A stretch of DNA of 22,317 nt from Pseudomonadota bacterium (GTDB taxonomy: Bacteria > Bdellovibrionota_B > Oligoflexia > Oligoflexales > CAIMVM01). Position numbers and translations under genes: made by a program. How positions within the stretch are numbered: position 1 is the first letter of the stretch; every line of letters starts with the position of its first letter. Positions 1 to 8,898 of the stretch are shown here, in pieces. The notes below the pieces were generated by a model. That model saw only the letters and a program-made list of their open reading frames with translations, was not told the origin of the DNA and did not search any database. Where the stretch lies: positions 1 to 22,317 of the forward strand of contig JBAXBA010000061.1 of assembly GCA_037142195.1 (NCBI GenBank), written 5' to 3'.

Positions 1-54
1 CTTTCTAGGCCAAGATCACTTGTTCATGATTAGTTACTGTTCATACCGGACGCA

Positions 55-84
55 CCAAGATAGGTGTGCTTACAGCTATCTTGG
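55..84. other. Inverted repeat/hairpin (possible terminator)
   Basis: CCAAGATAG (55-63) pairs perfectly with CTATCTTGG (76-84), with an inner TGT/ACA stem around a GCTT loop. It lies downstream of the minus-strand ORFs, but there is no clear U-tract. Confidence 0.4.
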
Positions 85-171
85 ATCAAAAATTTGCAAA
101 ATCATCTAGAAAAAAATGTCTATCAAACTGACCTAGTACTCTTGCCAAATCCCCCTAAAGACTCATTCTCA

Positions 172-378
172 TCAATTCTTCTTGGGCAAGGCATGTGCTT
201 TTTCTAAGCGTTTTTTCTGAACTCTCGCCATAGATTCGAAATCTAAGTGCACCGCTGAGCTCAATTTGGCTTCCGCATTTTCTTGTCTAATTTTGCGAAT
301 AAATAACTCGCAGCAAAGGTAACACCCTAACTGGGGCTGATTCAAAGCGACATCTTGGCTATGAATCAAACATCTCAT
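172..378 (-). CDS. Small hypothetical protein (68 aa) with CxxH...CxxC motif, possibly Zn-binding
   Basis: ATG lies 3 bp after the stop of the upstream gene, with AGGA 6 nt before it. Motif C-L-I-H...C-Y-L-C-C is followed by a helical, basic tail. Confidence 0.45.
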   Translation of the reverse strand: MRCLIHSQDVALNQPQLGCYLCCELFIRKIRQENAEAKLSSAVHLDFESMARVQKKRLEKAHALPKKN

Positions 379-381
379 CGT

Positions 382-2286
382 CTATCCTGCCTTCGATTGA
401 TGGGTAAGACGGGAAAGAAGCTTGGTAAGATAATATTTGTAAATCTTTGTGGAAACATTTCCATTCGAATAAAGAGCTTGTTCGAATTTGGAAGAGCTGC
501 AGTACCAGACCTTACATTGCGAAGTAGCCGTAAGCTGCATAGGTGTCTGATACTCTGCTAAAACTGACAATTCTCCAAAACTATCCGAAGCTGAAATAGA
601 TCCGGAAGGCTTGGAATCGCTTCTATTCTTATTAGTGCAGCTGAGCGTTCCCTCCAAAACCACGTACATGCCTTCTAAATCTGACAATCCATCATACAAC
701 ACCACATCAGATTCCAATTCGATAACTTCCCCTGCATTCCAAATCAATTCGCACTCGTCCCTATTTAAATCCACGAAAATAGAACAGCTAAAAAAACTCT
801 TATGGGTAGCGACCACATATCGAGATTCGTCTTTTGAAAACCTGGAGCTCAAACTAGCGCCTGAATCAAAATGCTCCGTCTTCTCTAACGATGTCGACAA
901 AAATGCATTCGCGGATACATTTCTGTTACGGGTCTCATTTCCAGGGGCAGTCCCTGAGACCTCAGGTGCAGAGGGTTCATCAACTTCATCAATATAAAAT
1001 TTGAAATCACTCAGTTCACTAGGAGATTCCGTCGTATAAGCTGGGACCTGCGGCCTTCCCTCTGGAGGATTATGATTCCCTGTCTTTTCTTCTTTATGAC
1101 TCACATGGAAAGGGGCCTCAAAAGGTCTTACTTTTTCGGCCTGTGCAGGACTATCTCCCGGTTGCAAATCGAGATTTTGATGGAACTCAGAAAGTTGAGA
1201 GTCCTCTCCTAAAACGAATCGAGTCGGAGCTGAGGATCCTTGAGACCTAACGATAGACTTCTTAGACCGCAAGCGAGACGAATTTTCCGTGTCACCTGCT
1301 CGTTCAAAGCAATAATAGGCCCTCTCAAGATCTCCAAATTGCTCAAACGCATAGCCTGCTCGATCAAATTTGCCACCAGCTTCAAAAATCATCCCAGATC
1401 TATCATGCATACCTGCCTCAGCAAAGGCTAGAGCCAGATCAACATAAGAAATATCTTCATAGTTAATATCGATCATGATTCGATTTATATCTTCCATCTT
1501 GGTCTTTGAAATAAGTGGAACTGATTTCTTATAGTTGCCTGCTTTATAGAACTCGATAATGGGCTTATGAAGTTGGCCATAAGACTGAACAATGCTTACT
1601 ATATCATCATCATAATTTCCCGCAGAGAGCCATTTCACCATGGCATCCTTGTCTGATGAAGTAAAATGAGTCCTGTCAAACGCATGATCTTCGGTAAGTT
1701 TCCTAATAAAAGATGTTACTGCTGCCTGATTATTTCCACACTTTAGGTAAGCACGTCCCGCCTCTAAATAGAGCTTATTCTTTGAAAAGATTTTCGCTGC
1801 ATCTTCAAACTTGTTGGCCTTTTCAAAAAGCAAAGCTGCATTTGCATGGTCCCCAGATGCCATAGATGCTTTGCCAGCCTCATAAAACATGCCCGCTAAG
1901 ATAAAACACTCGGCGGCATTGGTCCAATATCCGTTTCTAGCATAGATAATGCCAGCTCGATTGGGCCGACGCATCCGCATGAGGATTTGCGCAGCTTCGT
2001 GAATATGTTTGTTTGATTCCAGTACAGCAATGGCGTCGCGCTCTAAACCAATCGACTCTAAAAGCCTCGATGCCTGCAAAACACGGTTCTGTCCTATGAG
2101 AGACTTCGCCTGGTCCAATATTTTTGTCTCGTGACGAGTCAGAAGCCTCTGGTCGCTAAGGCGCTTAGGATTCTTCCCAGAATGTGACGATTTTGCCATG
2201 GGTCGATTCTTTGATTTCGTGAATTGGGAGTATACTCCAAAGACAACGAGTAGAAGAACGATAACGATGGCGTAGCCAATTGACAT
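382..2286 (-). CDS. Membrane-anchored helical-repeat (TPR/SNAP-like) protein with C-terminal cyclic-nucleotide-binding-like domain
   Basis: Start placed at MSIGYAIV (GGAG upstream). N-terminal TM helix; ~13-aa AA-x-x-F/Y-x-x-A-G repeats; Pro/Ser/Glu-rich linker; cNMP fold at the C-terminus (GMYVVLEGTL...FGELSVL...CKVW). Confidence 0.8.
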   Translation of the reverse strand: MSIGYAIVIVLLLVVFGVYSQFTKSKNRPMAKSSHSGKNPKRLSDQRLLTRHETKILDQAKSLIGQNRVLQASRLLESIGLERDAIAVLESNKHIHEAAQILMRMRRPNRAGIIYARNGYWTNAAECFILAGMFYEAGKASMASGDHANAALLFEKANKFEDAAKIFSKNKLYLEAGRAYLKCGNNQAAVTSFIRKLTEDHAFDRTHFTSSDKDAMVKWLSAGNYDDDIVSIVQSYGQLHKPIIEFYKAGNYKKSVPLISKTKMEDINRIMIDINYEDISYVDLALAFAEAGMHDRSGMIFEAGGKFDRAGYAFEQFGDLERAYYCFERAGDTENSSRLRSKKSIVRSQGSSAPTRFVLGEDSQLSEFHQNLDLQPGDSPAQAEKVRPFEAPFHVSHKEEKTGNHNPPEGRPQVPAYTTESPSELSDFKFYIDEVDEPSAPEVSGTAPGNETRNRNVSANAFLSTSLEKTEHFDSGASLSSRFSKDESRYVVATHKSFFSCSIFVDLNRDECELIWNAGEVIELESDVVLYDGLSDLEGMYVVLEGTLSCTNKNRSDSKPSGSISASDSFGELSVLAEYQTPMQLTATSQCKVWYCSSSKFEQALYSNGNVSTKIYKYYLTKLLSRLTHQSKAG

Positions 2287-2426
2287 CCGCTGATCTCCAC
2301 AGACAAAGATACATTTCTTGTCCTGCTTGTAAGATCGGAAGATAATTCCATAAGTTAACAAAACGGCCGATGAAAACTGCCAGGAACACAAAAATTCCTT
2401 TTAGTTACGGCGTACTAAATTGCGAC

Positions 2427-3038
2427 TTATATCTTGTAAACGACCCCCACCGCCGTCGTAGAGTCGAGTACCGCCGTGACCTTTTGCGGCTCAGAGGGGC
2501 TTTGGATTTTAACCCCTGGCGATACTGTATAGGAAAGCTTCAAATTAAATTCCTTCGACAAAACAATATGAAGCCCAGCCCCTGCACTTGGCTCAGGACC
2601 AGATTGCTCCGGATTGATCACATAGGTGACGCCACCACTTTTTTCAATCATATAGTAATCTTTGACAACAGCTCCCGCTTGAATATAGGGTATGAAAAGA
2701 TCCCCATAATAAAGGATAAGAGACAGATTTAATGAGTTTGAAGCGACATCGGTGCGACTCTCTTCATAGTAGTAAAGCTTACTTGCAGAATCTTGCTTAT
2801 ACCCAGAAGCCGTCATAGTGTCTACTCGGTGAGTAAATCCTAATCGAAAATAGTTGCCAAGACCTACATCAACAGAACCACTGATCATCGATCGCTTATT
2901 ATTTTGAAGGCCCATGTCGTAGTTAGAGGCAGAACCATCAAGACCGATGTCCACCCCGGCATAGGACACGCTTGCTAGGACAACAGATACAATGCTTGGC
3001 ACAAAAGACCTAAAGACATAAAAAAGTATCGAATTCAT
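2427..3038 (-). CDS. Outer-membrane beta-barrel protein (small, OmpA/OmpW-like fold)
   Basis: Strong AGGAGG RBS; signal peptide ending VSYA; alternating amphipathic beta strands; FIPYIQAGA motif; C-terminal VGVVYKI beta-signal-like strand. Confidence 0.75.
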   Translation of the reverse strand: MNSILFYVFRSFVPSIVSVVLASVSYAGVDIGLDGSASNYDMGLQNNKRSMISGSVDVGLGNYFRLGFTHRVDTMTASGYKQDSASKLYYYEESRTDVASNSLNLSLILYYGDLFIPYIQAGAVVKDYYMIEKSGGVTYVINPEQSGPEPSAGAGLHIVLSKEFNLKLSYTVSPGVKIQSPSEPQKVTAVLDSTTAVGVVYKI

Positions 3039-3079
3039 GTAGCCTCCTCTGGGCAGTATAGGTAGAATTATAGGAAGAA

Positions 3080-3547
3080 ATGAGGGAAAGCATGATAGGA
3101 AAACCTTACCGTGTTGGTGTTGTCGGCGTTTTCGTTAACAAAAATGGACTTGTTTTAGTTGCTGAGCGCTCAGATGTCGCAAATTCTTGGCAGCTTCCAC
3201 AGGGCGGCGTCGAAGAAAATGAGGATTTCGAAACGGCACTTAGACGAGAGATGAGGGAAGAGCTTGGCGTTCATCGGTTAAAAGTTATAAAACAATCCAG
3301 TCAGCCTATTCACTATGACTTTCCAGAAAGTTTAACTGTCCCCCTCTCAAAAAAATATCGCGGCCAAGCCATGACTTGGTTCTTGGTCGAGTTAGTCGAT
3401 TCCGACATGCCTGACCTTAGTTTGGCCACCGACGATGAATTTGTGAATTTTCAATGGGTAGAACCAAGATCCGCCATCGAATGGATTACCCCGTGGAAGA
3501 CTGAGTCATATAAAGCAGGGTTTAAGGCCCTAGGATTAAGTTTCTGA
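3080..3547 (+). CDS. rppH: RNA pyrophosphohydrolase (Nudix, RppH/NudH family)
   Basis: YRVGVVGV; WQLPQGGVEENEDFETALRREMREELG Nudix box; YDFP...YRGQ...WFL; EF..FQW; PWK..SY. An alternative start at 3092 is possible. Confidence 0.85.
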   Translation: MRESMIGKPYRVGVVGVFVNKNGLVLVAERSDVANSWQLPQGGVEENEDFETALRREMREELGVHRLKVIKQSSQPIHYDFPESLTVPLSKKYRGQAMTWFLVELVDSDMPDLSLATDDEFVNFQWVEPRSAIEWITPWKTESYKAGFKALGLSF

Positions 3548-3577
3548 ACTCTCCCCCATTCTAGAGGTAAACGACGC

Positions 3578-4006
3578 GTGTCAAAGATTGCTCGTTGGAA
3601 CATGATTATCGGTTTTACAGTGTTAGTTTTTGCTGCTTCAGGCGGCTTCTTTCTAGCAACTGAGCAAGTTCAATCTTTTGCTGCGGGCTCTGCAGCTAAA
3701 AGTGCCTGGTGGTTTACAGTTGCGACCTCGGCCCATGGTCACACGAACTTGTTTGCCATGATTCACATTTTATTTGGACTCACTTTGCCCTACTCAAAGG
3801 CTGCTCCCAGAGTCAAATTTATGCAAAGCATCGGTATAGGACTCGGTACCTTTACCATGAGTATTCTCATGCTTGCTCGTTCTTTGAAGCCGCCGGAGCC
3901 AGGACGTGACTTTTTAGGCCTTATCATTGGGATCATGTTATCGTGCTCATTAGCAGCCCTAATATCTCATGTAATGGGCTTGCTTCCGACAAAACGGGGA
4001 CTGTAG
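3578..4006 (+). CDS. Four-TM membrane protein with AHGHTNL motif, function unknown
   Basis: GTG start with GAGG upstream; four hydrophobic segments; 30 bp after rppH on the same strand. Confidence 0.7.
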   Translation: MSKIARWNMIIGFTVLVFAASGGFFLATEQVQSFAAGSAAKSAWWFTVATSAHGHTNLFAMIHILFGLTLPYSKAAPRVKFMQSIGIGLGTFTMSILMLARSLKPPEPGRDFLGLIIGIMLSCSLAALISHVMGLLPTKRGL

Positions 4007-4061
4007 ATTGGATTTTTGATCGTTTCCAAGGTGACGAATCTGAATCTATACATCCTTCTCT

Positions 4062-4613
4062 TTAAGACGCCAGATTAATCTTGGTGGAAAGTTCGTTCAG
4101 AATGTCTTTGGCTTTTTGGGGATCTTTCAAGCTTTTAATATTATCAACTTTGATCTTTCCGGAAAGAAGATCCGTTACTTTTTTCTTATCGGCTACCATT
4201 TCCGAGAGCTCATTGAGCTTAAGCCTTCTGGACATTCCAGCCACGATAGTTTCGTTAAATGTATCGACTTGAAAAGGTTTTCTCAAGTAGCCGTCGGCTT
4301 CTTCACGGCACACTTTCTCTTGTTCCAAATCCATTAAGTATCCACTCACCAAGATAAAGGGAATCTTTGGGTCGATCTTCTTAACTTTTCTCAGAAGTTG
4401 AATGCCATCCATCTTTGGCATTTTAAAATCTGAAACCACCAAATCTATACTCTTTTCTTTAATCGTTTCCAGTGCTTCTTTCGCATTCTTTACAACAATT
4501 ACCTTCGAAAAAAACTTATTTAAGTGAATTTTAAAGAACTTGAGAAGTGTCTCGTCATCTTCCACAACCAAAATGAAGCTCGTTCTGTCATATATAGTTT
4601 TTGGATCAGACAT
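4062..4613 (-). CDS. Response regulator (receiver domain plus short C-terminal helical extension)
   Basis: ILVVEDD acidic pocket, DLVVSDFKMPKMDG with phospho-Asp, LVSG, YLRKPF. The AGGGAG RBS favours the second ATG (4613) over 4616. Confidence 0.9.
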   Translation of the reverse strand: MSDPKTIYDRTSFILVVEDDETLLKFFKIHLNKFFSKVIVVKNAKEALETIKEKSIDLVVSDFKMPKMDGIQLLRKVKKIDPKIPFILVSGYLMDLEQEKVCREEADGYLRKPFQVDTFNETIVAGMSRRLKLNELSEMVADKKKVTDLLSGKIKVDNIKSLKDPQKAKDILNELSTKINLAS

Positions 4614-4645
4614 CATAGACTCCCTAAGGCTTAATACTTAAAAAT

Positions 4646-4672
4646 ATATCGGCACAATCCTTGCTAAACTGA
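4646..4672 (-). promoter_or_regulatory. Putative sigma28 (FliA)-type promoter for the response regulator
   Basis: Minus strand reads TCAG-N15-GCCGATAT versus consensus TAAA-N15-GCCGATAA, about 30 bp upstream of the start codon. Confidence 0.55.
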
Positions 4673-4714
4673 GCGATGACGAAATAACACACTGAAAATA
4701 AAGACTAAAATCCA

Positions 4715-5833
4715 TCAGAAGGGGCGCATTTCGGAAAGACGTTGGTCCGCCTTGCTGTAGACAGAGCTAGAAGGTGGCGCCAGCTGGAGAATTTCCTGAT
4801 AGAGACGCTTAAGCTCAGTACTTTCACCTACCGAGGCCTCCAAGGTCAGCGCCAAATTAAATCTTGCGTCGACATTGTTAGGATCGATTTCAATCACTCG
4901 TGAGAGCACATTTCTTGCGCGTTCATAATTCTTTTTCTGAATCAAAAGAACACCCTGCAGATTCAAAGCATCTACCTGCTCCGCATCCAGCTGAAGAGCT
5001 AACTGCAGATCTTTTTCAGCAGATTCGGCATCACCTTTCTCAATCCCTATGGCAGCCCGATTGACGAGAGCTGGAATAAACTTAGGATTGATGTTGATAG
5101 CTTTCGCATACCATTCCAAGGCCTCATCAAGCCTGCCATTTGTTCTGGCAATAGTGCCAATGAGGTTAAGTAGCGCTAAATTTTCTCCCGATCGCTCAAG
5201 GCCCCGTTTAGCTACGAAATCCGCTGTCGAAATCTTCCCAGAGTTCAGGTAGGAAAGTGCTAAAGCTACATATGCTGGCGCAAAAGTGGAATCAATTCCA
5301 ACAAGCTGGCTCATAATATCCTGCCCTTTAGCTACATCTCTTTTATCAAGGTAGGCAAGTCCCAGACAATAGCGATACTTAAAGAGAAAGACTTTGTCAG
5401 GATAAGTGATCTCATCAAGCAACACACGAATTTCCGTGAGCAGAGCCAAAGAGGACTCTACATTCCCTTTTCTGCTATAGACCAGCGCCAGTTCCAGCTT
5501 CAAATCTAAATTAGTGGGGTAAGTCCTGACGGCACTTTTCAAGGTGTCTTCAGAGGCGCTATAGCTCCCAATCGCGGATTCCAGCCTAGCCTTTTGCATG
5601 GCCTCCTCAGGCGAAGTGACCTTACCCCATTTCTCTAACTTGCTTTTAATTTTATCGCTATGGGCTCGATCAGGCGAGGGTGTGAACATCAACTTCCAAT
5701 CAGCCACAGGGTCGAGAACCATCGACTTGGATAGCTTGTTTGGATCCTTAGAAATACCTTCATCTAACCCTAAGCTATCTTTTTTGGGTCCTGAGCACGC
5801 TAGGACCAAACTTAACAAGAATAATGCTTTCAT
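4715..5833 (-). CDS. TPR lipoprotein (GltE/AglT-like or Tgl/PilF-like architecture)
   Basis: MKALFLLSLVLA-C lipobox-type signal; tandem canonical TPRs (AININPKFIPALVNRA, IEIDPNNVDARFNLA); TAATG overlap with the upstream stop. Confidence 0.85.
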   Translation of the reverse strand: MKALFLLSLVLACSGPKKDSLGLDEGISKDPNKLSKSMVLDPVADWKLMFTPSPDRAHSDKIKSKLEKWGKVTSPEEAMQKARLESAIGSYSASEDTLKSAVRTYPTNLDLKLELALVYSRKGNVESSLALLTEIRVLLDEITYPDKVFLFKYRYCLGLAYLDKRDVAKGQDIMSQLVGIDSTFAPAYVALALSYLNSGKISTADFVAKRGLERSGENLALLNLIGTIARTNGRLDEALEWYAKAININPKFIPALVNRAAIGIEKGDAESAEKDLQLALQLDAEQVDALNLQGVLLIQKKNYERARNVLSRVIEIDPNNVDARFNLALTLEASVGESTELKRLYQEILQLAPPSSSVYSKADQRLSEMRPF

Positions 5834-8800
5834 TAGAGACTCCATTCATTGGGCAGCTCAACTCGAGCTGCCGCAGGTATACTTGGCGCCAAGTTAGAAC
5901 TTTTCCCGCCATTAACTACCAGCCAAGACTTCCTCAGCCAACTATTTTGACCAAGCGCAACTGGGTCCCTGGTCGCCGCTAAGGCGTTATCTGAATGCAA
6001 ACTTTTACTTAGTCTTTCTAAGCGCTCGCTTTGTCCCTTGAGGCGTTCTTGATCTCGATACGGCAGCTTTTTTTCCTCGTCATAAAGAACCTTTTTTATA
6101 TCTCTTGCAAGCTCACCAGAGGCCTCAGCAAGACGAAATCTTGCTTCAGGTGCGAACTCTTTAGACCCAGTGCCAATGACCTGACTGAAGTTTTCCGCTG
6201 CATTTTCGAAAATCTCTGACTTGATAGCAAGCGATCTCACTAAAGAATGATCTTCCTTATCAATGCGAGCAGATTTAAATTTCTTCATTTCTTCTTCTGC
6301 CTTAGCCAATTCCACCTTAGAGACCACCTCTCCCCAATCCTCTCTTCCAAGATTAGGTTTAGCAATGTCAGCTCTGCGCCTGATATCACTAAGGCGATCT
6401 AATCCAGCATTGATCTGCTGATTATCCAAAAGAATTCTTGCTTCGAGTATCTCTGCATGGAACTTGTCGATGGGTATATTAGCCACCGACTTGGCGTCAG
6501 CCGCGAGCTTCCACGCTTTTTCAAATTCTCCCATCTTCAACATTAAGTCAGCATTCGCCAAAAGAAGCCTATATTTTTGTTCGGGACGCTTCTCCCGTTT
6601 TGTTGCAAGAGTTAAAGCTTCCGATTGCAAAGAAAGATTGTTATTCGCTTCCGCAAGGCCGATTGCCTTTGTGACCGAAGAATTCGCCTTAGCATGAATC
6701 GGGTACAAAGCAGCGAGCTTCATGTAGCTGCCGGCTGCTTCAGAAAACTTAAGTTGGTATTCCTGAGCGCGGGCTTCCAAATAGAGCATATCGCCTTGAT
6801 ACTTACCTGCAGGCCTAGCCAAGTACTCTTTGGCCGACTGTTCGGCCGCCAGCCATCGACCCGCCATAGCTTGACTATAGGCTCCATCGCGATAAAACTT
6901 GTCTGAGCCTGGAACAGCATTGTGATTTTTGGAAATAGATAGAAGCAAATCTGAGGACTCATCAAACCTTGCATCTTTTGACAAATCTTCATAACGCTTT
7001 GACACTACGTAGGAAAGAGTTTTTTCAAACTCTTGTTTTATAGGCATACCCACCGACTTCCAATCTTCTAACTTAAGAAACTTAGTAATTGTTGAAATGG
7101 CTAGCTCATTATTGTTTTCCGATATGGGAGCAAAAATAAGACCACGCAATGCGGCTACTCTTTGGCTGTTTTGTGGGTTCGACAAGAGAACTTTACGCCA
7201 CTTATCGGTACTGTTTTTCGTATTGCCGTGATCCCTCCATGCGCCAGCTACAGATAATAGCAAGTCGTTAGACTCAGATTTTGAAGGATATTTGGCGACA
7301 AAGCTTTCTGCTGCATTGTCAAATGCCTCTAATTTACTAAAAGTTTCTTTGTCTAGGGCAGGATTTACTCCGGAATCTAAACTTTTGGCATAGGATTTAC
7401 GCCAGATCTTTTCAGCGACGATCACTTGCTGATAGGCGACTATCTGCAAATCACTCTCGCTCAAGGTGAGATTTCCTCTCAGTTTTGCTAAACTCAAGGA
7501 TGCCTCGTCCCATTTATCCATTTGAAGTTGGGCAAGGGCTCGATTCATTTTCCAACGATTGATCTCAGGATCAGATATAAATGTAGTTTCCAAAGCAGAA
7601 AACAGCTGATCAGCAGCCAAAAAATCGTCTTTAGTCCCAGTCTCCATACCCCGTTGCAGGTGCCAGGTGGCGGCTGTTAAAGCTCCTTCCCTAGCAAGCA
7701 CTTCCATATGGGCAATAGCTGACAGCTGCTGAGAATTTCTGGAACGCCAAAGACTTGACTTAGGCAAAATCAAGGAAAGATCTTCTAAAACTTCCATTTT
7801 TTGATCGATCTGATTGATTTGACCTAAAGAAAAGCTCCAAAGCTTCAAAATGTCTGGATAGAAGGGCGATAGAGCTAAACCTTTTCTTAGTTGAGACACA
7901 ATGAGATTTACACTGCTATGATCATCTACGCCCTGAAGCTTCTCCACAAGCTTTATTAAGATTTCTGCGGAAGCTGTCGTCACATCAGGCTTCACTAATT
8001 GAGATCTGATCTTAGCTGGATCTTTGATCTCATAGAGGGCATTTGCCATAAGATTAATCGCATCTTTCCTCATACCTTCACGAGTTTCTGGGGATAGATC
8101 ACTGCTATTTGCCTTAATGATTTCAATAGAACTTGATATGCAATCCTCAAGGGAGCCGGATCTATAGTAGGCCCACGCCATGCGGTATCTGATTTCATAA
8201 TAAAGGGGATCAAAACGCTTGGTCGCAAGCTCTTGTTGCTTGCTAAGCCCTACTTTAAGATAGGAAAGAGACCGAGCATAATTGTCTTTTTCAAAATAGG
8301 AATCTGCTATGATCAAATTAGCATGTATGGAATAAATGTTAATATTTCTACTTTTGGATAGCTCCTCCCAAATAGAAAGAGAGGGTCCATTTTGTCCAGA
8401 CATTTCCAATGCACTGGCCAGGAAATATAGTGCCTTATCGTGATCACGATTTTCAGGAAAGGATTTTACATGGTCTTCCAATTGCGCAATAGATTCGCTT
8501 CGCACGGCAACCGAATCCAGACCTAAAGCATCAAGAATATTAGATTGACTGTTTAGCGCAACGCTTAAATTGAGAAGATTATCTGCTTTCAAATCGCCAT
8601 TAGGGAGGATTTTCAATTGCTCTTTGTAGTTTTCAACTGCGGATTTCAGCAAAGAAAGCTCGCTTTCCCATTGAATCCGATTTTTTTTGCCTTCTTCTTC
8701 TTGAAACTTCCGCAAAGATTCTGAATACTCAGTCATCTTTTGCGCACTTCGTTTCTTGGCAAAAGCCTGATAGGCCTCCCAATACTCTTTAAGCGCTCTG

Positions 8801-8898
8801 GGGTTTGGGACCGACGAACCAGAGAAAGCCGTCTGAAAAAAAACAAGAACAACGAGAAGAATGCGAACAATAAGTAGTGAAAGAGGAGACTTTTTCAT
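5833..8898 (-). CDS. Large exported TPR protein (1021 aa), GltD/AgmU-like architecture
   Basis: N-terminal signal/TM; many TPR-like helical pairs (FPENRDHDKALYFLA, IRYRMAWAYY, KYPSKSES..LL, LYPIHAKA); ATGA overlap with the upstream gene. Confidence 0.8.
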   Translation of the reverse strand: MKKSPLSLLIVRILLVVLVFFQTAFSGSSVPNPRALKEYWEAYQAFAKKRSAQKMTEYSESLRKFQEEEGKKNRIQWESELSLLKSAVENYKEQLKILPNGDLKADNLLNLSVALNSQSNILDALGLDSVAVRSESIAQLEDHVKSFPENRDHDKALYFLASALEMSGQNGPSLSIWEELSKSRNINIYSIHANLIIADSYFEKDNYARSLSYLKVGLSKQQELATKRFDPLYYEIRYRMAWAYYRSGSLEDCISSSIEIIKANSSDLSPETREGMRKDAINLMANALYEIKDPAKIRSQLVKPDVTTASAEILIKLVEKLQGVDDHSSVNLIVSQLRKGLALSPFYPDILKLWSFSLGQINQIDQKMEVLEDLSLILPKSSLWRSRNSQQLSAIAHMEVLAREGALTAATWHLQRGMETGTKDDFLAADQLFSALETTFISDPEINRWKMNRALAQLQMDKWDEASLSLAKLRGNLTLSESDLQIVAYQQVIVAEKIWRKSYAKSLDSGVNPALDKETFSKLEAFDNAAESFVAKYPSKSESNDLLLSVAGAWRDHGNTKNSTDKWRKVLLSNPQNSQRVAALRGLIFAPISENNNELAISTITKFLKLEDWKSVGMPIKQEFEKTLSYVVSKRYEDLSKDARFDESSDLLLSISKNHNAVPGSDKFYRDGAYSQAMAGRWLAAEQSAKEYLARPAGKYQGDMLYLEARAQEYQLKFSEAAGSYMKLAALYPIHAKANSSVTKAIGLAEANNNLSLQSEALTLATKREKRPEQKYRLLLANADLMLKMGEFEKAWKLAADAKSVANIPIDKFHAEILEARILLDNQQINAGLDRLSDIRRRADIAKPNLGREDWGEVVSKVELAKAEEEMKKFKSARIDKEDHSLVRSLAIKSEIFENAAENFSQVIGTGSKEFAPEARFRLAEASGELARDIKKVLYDEEKKLPYRDQERLKGQSERLERLSKSLHSDNALAATRDPVALGQNSWLRKSWLVVNGGKSSNLAPSIPAAARVELPNEWSL

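Noticed and set aside
2366..2373. GCCGATGA sigma28 -10-like element on the plus strand
   Set aside because: No -35 at the right spacing and no sense gene downstream.
2287..2391. 35-aa N-terminal extension of the cNMP-repeat protein
   Set aside because: A GGAG RBS and the TM helix directly support the ATG at 2286.
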